Assembly: GCA_900315425.1 (NCBI GenBank)
Contig: OMZA01000009.1
Location: 964 to 64,963, forward strand
Direction of reading: 5' to 3'
Origin: an uncultured Eubacteriales bacterium
Lineage (GTDB): Bacteria > Bacillota > Clostridia > Lachnospirales > Lachnospiraceae
Length of the DNA: 64,000 bases
Positions 59,037-64,000 of this stretch are shown piece after piece. The notes beneath the pieces were generated by a model, which had not been told where the DNA came from, made no database searches, and worked only from the letters and a program-made list of their open reading frames with translations. The translations under genes were made by a program, and so were the position numbers. Position 1 is the first letter of the stretch, and every line of letters begins with the position of its first letter.

Positions 59037-59318
59037 CGCCGGAACAATTCATTACTGAGATACGTAAGCCAATCCAAGAGTGACATCCAGAAGGGCATTC
59101 AGAGTGACAATGACACTCTGAGTGGCACTCTGAACCATTCAGACGCGCAAAAAGATACCCTAAAAGTTCTGATAAGACAGAATAATAAAATAACAAGGAA
59201 GCAGATGGCAGAGACCTTAAACGTGAGTGAGAGGACAATTCAAAGGTTAATAAACGATATGCCGGAGATTTCTTTTACAGGCGGTGGTCGCAGTGGACAT
59301 TGGGAGATTGATGAATAG
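59037..59318 (+). pseudogene. Orphan C-terminal winged-HTH fragment (Fic/AlbA-type regulator tail)
   Basis: Open frame without start: NNKITRKQMAETLNVSERTIQRLIN...GGGRSGHWEI. Confidence 0.6.
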
Positions 59319-59496
59319 TGGGTTTGATTTGGAGGTTACAAACTATGTTGCCAACCAAGTTGGTGATCAAGATACATGTAACGTCTCTAAAATGTCTATC
59401 AAAAATCTTAAAAAGCCGTGGACGTGCTGGAATAATCGGAATATTTATATCAGATATACCGTTTTATAGATTATAAAAACACAAGATATAGATGTT

Positions 59497-59514
59497 ACTA
59501 CCGAGATGGAGTAG
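59497..59514 (+). repeat. guaA 3'-end copy 4 (attR-like; distal island boundary)
   Basis: ACTACCGAGATGGAGTAG, 17 bp identical to copy 1. Confidence 0.8.
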
Positions 59515-59624
59515 TCAGAATGTCAGGTATTTGTATGTTAATAAATCAGATTTTCTGATAATATTATTAATATAAAAAAGTTTGTTGATTGCAGGCGAGT
59601 ACATCATATGAAAGAAGGATAAAA

Positions 59625-60527
59625 ATGACATTACAGCAGTTGAAATACATTGTAACCGTAGCAGAAGCAGGAAATATTACAGAGGCGGCAAAACGCCTCT
59701 TTATTTCACAGCCTAGTCTTACCAATGCTATACGGGAATTGGAAAAGGAAATGCAGGTTACTATTTTTAACAGAACGAATAAAGGGGTAATCATTTCTGA
59801 TGAAGGAGATGTCTTTTTGTCCTATGCCCGTCAGGTATTAGAACAGGCGGATTTATTGGAAGAGAAGTTTCTCAATAAGAAAGAAACAAAGCCGAGATTT
59901 TCTGTTTCCTGTCAGCATTATTCCTTTGCGGTGAACGCTTTTGTGGATTTGATTCGTTCCTTTGATTCGGACAAGTATGATTTTACATTAAGGGAAACCC
60001 AGACTTTTGAAATCATAGAGGACGTGAGTCGGATGAGAAGTGAAATCGGAATTTTATATACCTCGCCAAAGAATGAACAGGTTTTAATGAAACTGATGAA
60101 ACAACATGAATTGGAATTCGAGGAATTATTTGTGGCAAAGCCTCATGTATTTATTAATTCAAATCACCCCTTGTCAAAAAATAAGGTGATTACCTTGGAG
60201 GATTTAGAGGATTATCCGTATCTTTCTTTTGAACAGGGAGAATATAATTCTTTCTATTTCTCAGAGGAAATCCTAAGTACCTTGGATCGAAAGAAAAATA
60301 TCAAGGTTCGTGATCGGGCGACTTTGTTTAATTTATTGATTGGTTTGAACGGATATACAGTTAGTTCCGGTGTGATAAGTAAAGAATTAAACGGCGAGAA
60401 TATTATTGCAAAGCCGTTGAAGGTAGAAGAATATATGCGCATTGGTGTGATTACACAGAAGAATGCAACACTGAGTAGATATGGAAAAGTGTATATGGAA
60501 GCATTGAAACGGCACATAGAGGTTTGA
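59625..60527 (+). CDS. LysR-family regulator (MetR/MtaR-like by context)
   Basis: LQQLKY....AEAGNITEAAKRLFISQPSLT.AIRELE; start placed at ATG 59625. Confidence 0.9.
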   Translation: MTLQQLKYIVTVAEAGNITEAAKRLFISQPSLTNAIRELEKEMQVTIFNRTNKGVIISDEGDVFLSYARQVLEQADLLEEKFLNKKETKPRFSVSCQHYSFAVNAFVDLIRSFDSDKYDFTLRETQTFEIIEDVSRMRSEIGILYTSPKNEQVLMKLMKQHELEFEELFVAKPHVFINSNHPLSKNKVITLEDLEDYPYLSFEQGEYNSFYFSEEILSTLDRKKNIKVRDRATLFNLLIGLNGYTVSSGVISKELNGENIIAKPLKVEEYMRIGVITQKNATLSRYGKVYMEALKRHIEV

Positions 60528-60562
60528 AATAGTTTTAAACTATTTCAAACCTCTATTTTTTT
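60519..60562 (+). terminator. Perfect 18 bp hairpin/terminator containing a MetR-box-like core
   Basis: AGAGGTTTGAAATAGTTT-T-AAACTATTTCAAACCTCT plus T-rich tail. Confidence 0.7.
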
Positions 60563-60645
60563 GTATTTTTCATATGGCTCAAAGTTATTTATACTTATAC
60601 CCAATAAAACCTACAAGAAAAATAGGAATATAAAGGAGGCTATCA

Positions 60646-62916
60646 ATGAATAATACAATAGTTGGTTTCCCAAGAGTGGGAAAACTGAGAGAATTGAAAT
60701 TTATATCAGAAAAATATTTTCGTGGAGAAGTGACAAAAGAAGAATTGCAGCAAGTTGCAAAAGCATTGCGTGCAGAACATTGGAAATTTCAAAAAAGTGC
60801 AGGAATCAACCTGATTCCTTCCAATGATTTCTCCTTCTATGATGGAGTGTTGGACACGGCAGTACTGTTTAATGTGATTCCAAAGAAATATCAGGAACTG
60901 AATCTGGATGAGATAGATACTTACTTTGCAATGGCGCGAGGCTACCAGGGAGAAGCAGGCGATGTATCAGCGTTGGCAATGAAGAAGTGGTTTAATACGA
61001 ACTACCACTATTTGGTTCCGGAAATTAGTGACGATACAGAAGTGAAGCTGGTAGGCGAAAAGCCTTTTGAAGAGTATGTGGAGGCAAAGCAGTTTGGCAT
61101 TCAGACGAAGGCGGTTCTGATTGGTCCTTTTACATTCTTAAAACTGGCAAAATATCAGGGGGAAAAGAAAGCAGCAGAGTTTGCTCAGGACTTTGTGAAA
61201 GGATATGTAGAAATCCTGAAAAAGTTTGAAAGTCTTGGAACTGAATGGGTTCAGTTTGATGAACCTGCTTTGGTTCAGGATCTGACTGTTGAGGATTTAA
61301 ACTTATTTAATACGCTTTATAAAAATATATTAAAGGAAAAAAGAAATACTAAAATTTTATTACAGACCTATTTTGGAGACCTTAGGGATTACTATCAGGA
61401 AATAACAGCATTGGATTTTGATGGTTTCGGTTTGGATTTTCTGGAAGGAAAAGAAACTTTGCATTTGATTGAAAAGTATGGATTTCCGGAAGGAAAAGTT
61501 CTGTTTGCGGGATTGGTAAATGGAAAGAATATTTGGAAGAGCAGTTATGAAAAAGTGCTGGGAACTTTAGAAGAACTGAAGAAGTACACAAAGGAAATTG
61601 TATTGTCTACATCCTGCTCATTACTTCACGTACCTTACACACTGCAGAATGAGAATTCCTTAAAGCCGGAAGTAGAACAGTACTTTGCATTTGCACTGGA
61701 AAAATTACAGGAACTTCGTGAACTGAGTGTGTTAACAGATACTGATGATTATAGAATAGAAAAAGAATACCAGGAAAATAAGGAATTGTTTGCTAAGGAA
61801 CGTCTCGGCCAAAATCCGGATGTGAAAGCAAAGGTTGATGATTTAAAAGAAGAAGATTTTATTCGACTTCCAAAGCGAAGCGAAAGACAGAAAATCCAGA
61901 AGGATGACTTAGAGCTTCCAATCTTCCCAACCACAACTATTGGTTCTTTCCCACAAACAATCGAAGTGAAAAAGAACAGAACTGCATATCGTAAGGGAGA
62001 AATTGATAAGGCAGCTTACGACAGCAAAGTTAATGAGTTCATTAAGGCATGTATTGAAAAGCAGGAAGAAATCGGTATTGATGTGTTGGTACATGGAGAA
62101 TATGAGCGAAACGACATGGTGGAATTTTTCGGTGAAAACTTAGAAGGTTATGTGTTTACGGAAAAAGCATGGGTACAGTCTTATGGAACAAGGTGTGTAA
62201 AACCGCCGATTATCTTTGGAGATGTGAAGAGAACGAAGGCAATTACTACCTCTTATTTGGAGTATGCACAGAGTCTGACAGATAAGCCGGTGAAAGGAAT
62301 GTTAACAGGTCCTGTAACCATTCTGAACTGGTCCTTCCCAAGGGAAGATATTTCGCTGAAGGAAATGGCTTACCAAATTGGAATTGCTATTCGTGAAGAG
62401 GTGCTGGACTTGGAAAAAGCAGGCATCAAAATCATTCAGATTGACGAAGCTGCTTTGAAGGAAAAACTTCCAATCCGTCAAAGCGATTGGTACACAGAAT
62501 ATCTGGATTGGGCAATTCCGGCATTCCGCTTATGCCACAGTGGTGTTAAACCGGAAACACAGATTCACACTCATATGTGCTACAGCGAATTTAACGCAAT
62601 TATCAAAGACATTGACAATATGGATGCAGATGTAATCTCCTTTGAGGCATCCCGTTCCAAATTAACGATTTTGGATGCCATTCAGGAAAGTGGTTTTGAA
62701 ACCGAGGTTGGCCCGGGTGTTTATGATATCCACTCCCCAAGAGTTCCTTCGGTAGAAGAGATTATGGGTGCTTTAGAAACTATGCTTAAAAAAATTGATA
62801 AAGATAAATTGTGGGTAAATCCGGATTGTGGTTTGAAAACAAGAGGAATTTTGGAAACAGAAGCCAGCTTAATCAATTTAGTTGAAGCAGCAAAGATTTT
62901 GAGAAAGCAATATTAG
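60646..62916 (+). CDS. metE: Cobalamin-independent methionine synthase
   Basis: GFPRVG..RELK, KWFNTNYHY, PTTTIGSFPQT, HGEYERNDMV, HTHMCY, WVNPDCGLKTR. Confidence 0.97.
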   Translation: MNNTIVGFPRVGKLRELKFISEKYFRGEVTKEELQQVAKALRAEHWKFQKSAGINLIPSNDFSFYDGVLDTAVLFNVIPKKYQELNLDEIDTYFAMARGYQGEAGDVSALAMKKWFNTNYHYLVPEISDDTEVKLVGEKPFEEYVEAKQFGIQTKAVLIGPFTFLKLAKYQGEKKAAEFAQDFVKGYVEILKKFESLGTEWVQFDEPALVQDLTVEDLNLFNTLYKNILKEKRNTKILLQTYFGDLRDYYQEITALDFDGFGLDFLEGKETLHLIEKYGFPEGKVLFAGLVNGKNIWKSSYEKVLGTLEELKKYTKEIVLSTSCSLLHVPYTLQNENSLKPEVEQYFAFALEKLQELRELSVLTDTDDYRIEKEYQENKELFAKERLGQNPDVKAKVDDLKEEDFIRLPKRSERQKIQKDDLELPIFPTTTIGSFPQTIEVKKNRTAYRKGEIDKAAYDSKVNEFIKACIEKQEEIGIDVLVHGEYERNDMVEFFGENLEGYVFTEKAWVQSYGTRCVKPPIIFGDVKRTKAITTSYLEYAQSLTDKPVKGMLTGPVTILNWSFPREDISLKEMAYQIGIAIREEVLDLEKAGIKIIQIDEAALKEKLPIRQSDWYTEYLDWAIPAFRLCHSGVKPETQIHTHMCYSEFNAIIKDIDNMDADVISFEASRSKLTILDAIQESGFETEVGPGVYDIHSPRVPSVEEIMGALETMLKKIDKDKLWVNPDCGLKTRGILETEASLINLVEAAKILRKQY

Positions 62917-62961
62917 AAATCGGGGTGGCTTCTCGCCCTGATTAAAAGAAAGGGAATTAGA

Positions 62962-63819
62962 ATGCAAATATCAGAAGTATACGAAAAAAAGGGAAGAAGC
63001 CTGTCCTTTGAAATTTTTCCGCCAAAGAAAGATGAAGAGTTAAAGAATATTGATGAAACCTTATCAGTGCTTAGCGAATTGAAGCCGGATTTCATCAGTG
63101 TCACCTTTGGAGCCGGAGGTGGGTCAAATTGTAACCGAACCATTGAACTGGCAAAGAAAATAAAAAAGGATTATCAGATTGAACCGGTGGTTCATTTGAC
63201 CTGCTTAAGTTACAATCAAAAAGAAATTGACGAATTTGCCAAGGTGTTAAAAGCGGAAGGAATCCAGAATGTGCTGGCGTTACGGGGAGACAGAAATCCC
63301 AATGTGCCGGAAAAGAATGACTTTCATCACGCATCTGATTTGATTTCCTATATTAAAAATCGAGGGGATTTTTGTGTGGCAGGAGCTTGCTATCCGGAAT
63401 GTCATCCGGAATCTGATAATCGAGTCAGTGAGATGAGAAATTTGAAGACAAAGGTTGATGCCGGAGCAGAGATTCTCTTATCTCAACTGTTTTTTGACAA
63501 TAGCGAGTTTTATCGGTTTGTAGATGATTGCAGGATTGCAGAAATAGATGTGCCGGTCATCCCGGGAATTATGCCAGTTATTAATGCAGCACAGATTAAG
63601 AGAATGATTACGATGTGTGGTGCGTCCTTACCGGTGCGTTTCCAAAAGATTATCAGCAAATACGAGAACAATAAAGAAGCATTGTTTGATGCAGGAATTT
63701 CTTATGCAACCAGTCAGATTATTGATTTGTTAGCCAATGACATTGATGGAATACATTTATATACAATGAATAACCCGAGAGTAGCAAGAAGAATCTGCGA
63801 GGGGATAAAACACCTTTAA
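62962..63819 (+). CDS. metF: 5,10-methylenetetrahydrofolate reductase
   Basis: SFEIFPPK, FISVTFGAGG, VHLTC, LALRGD, YPECH, QLFFDN, GIHLYTMN. Confidence 0.95.
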   Translation: MQISEVYEKKGRSLSFEIFPPKKDEELKNIDETLSVLSELKPDFISVTFGAGGGSNCNRTIELAKKIKKDYQIEPVVHLTCLSYNQKEIDEFAKVLKAEGIQNVLALRGDRNPNVPEKNDFHHASDLISYIKNRGDFCVAGACYPECHPESDNRVSEMRNLKTKVDAGAEILLSQLFFDNSEFYRFVDDCRIAEIDVPVIPGIMPVINAAQIKRMITMCGASLPVRFQKIISKYENNKEALFDAGISYATSQIIDLLANDIDGIHLYTMNNPRVARRICEGIKHL

Positions 63820-63861
63820 ATAAAGGTATTTTTGGCTCTGGCAATAGCCGAGAGAGTTAAT

Positions 63862-63904
63862 AATTCAGGTGCTATAGTGTAGGCTGTAGCACCTGAATTG
63901 TTTT
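63862..63904. terminator. Terminator-like hairpin after metF
   Basis: AATTCAGGTGCTATAG...CTGTAGCACCTGAATT. Confidence 0.7.
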
Positions 63905-64000
63905 GTGAAGGCAGCAATATTAACGATGTTAGTTGAGAAACAATCGCAAGAAGTGTTACTATTCACGGAATAATTGACTAAAAATATGGCTACCCGATCG

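Larger units (their letters stand above)
44580..59514. mobile_element. Integrase-less composite island at the guaA 3' end, four tandem modules (about 44580-49970, 49971-51865, 51866-55061, 55062-59514)
   Basis: Direct copies of the guaA terminal 12-mer at each boundary; cargo and composition shifts; integrase fragment; many pseudogenes. Confidence 0.75.

Overview
64 kb of a low-GC (about 30-38% by sampling) Firmicute chromosome; gene content and style suggest Lachnospiraceae (inference). Bases 1-44579 are mostly housekeeping: tRNAs, a preQ1-riboswitch queC-queD-queE-folE operon, nadB-nadC, fba, purL, glnA (GSIII), ftsEX-envC-ctpA, uvrBA and guaA. Bases 44580-59514 are an accessory region made of four cargo blocks. 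Each block ends in a copy of the guaA 3' tip (GAGATGGA[A/G]TA[A/G], read E-M-E-stop), there is no intact integrase, and several genes are deleted or chimeric. This fits tandem accretion of integrated elements at guaA. A LysR-metE-metF cluster follows. Best leads: (1) the guaA-anchored four-module array; (2) a membrane-anchored GH13 amylase homologue with all three catalytic acids substituted; (3) a HAD-GNAT fusion interrupted by an in-frame TGA at a Trp-like position; (4) a yybP-ykoY riboswitch ahead of a Ca2+:cation antiporter plus Na+/Pi cotransporter; (5) two ANTAR-like hairpin/terminator leaders and a candidate sRNA. Family assignments come from motif recognition by eye; no database searches were run.
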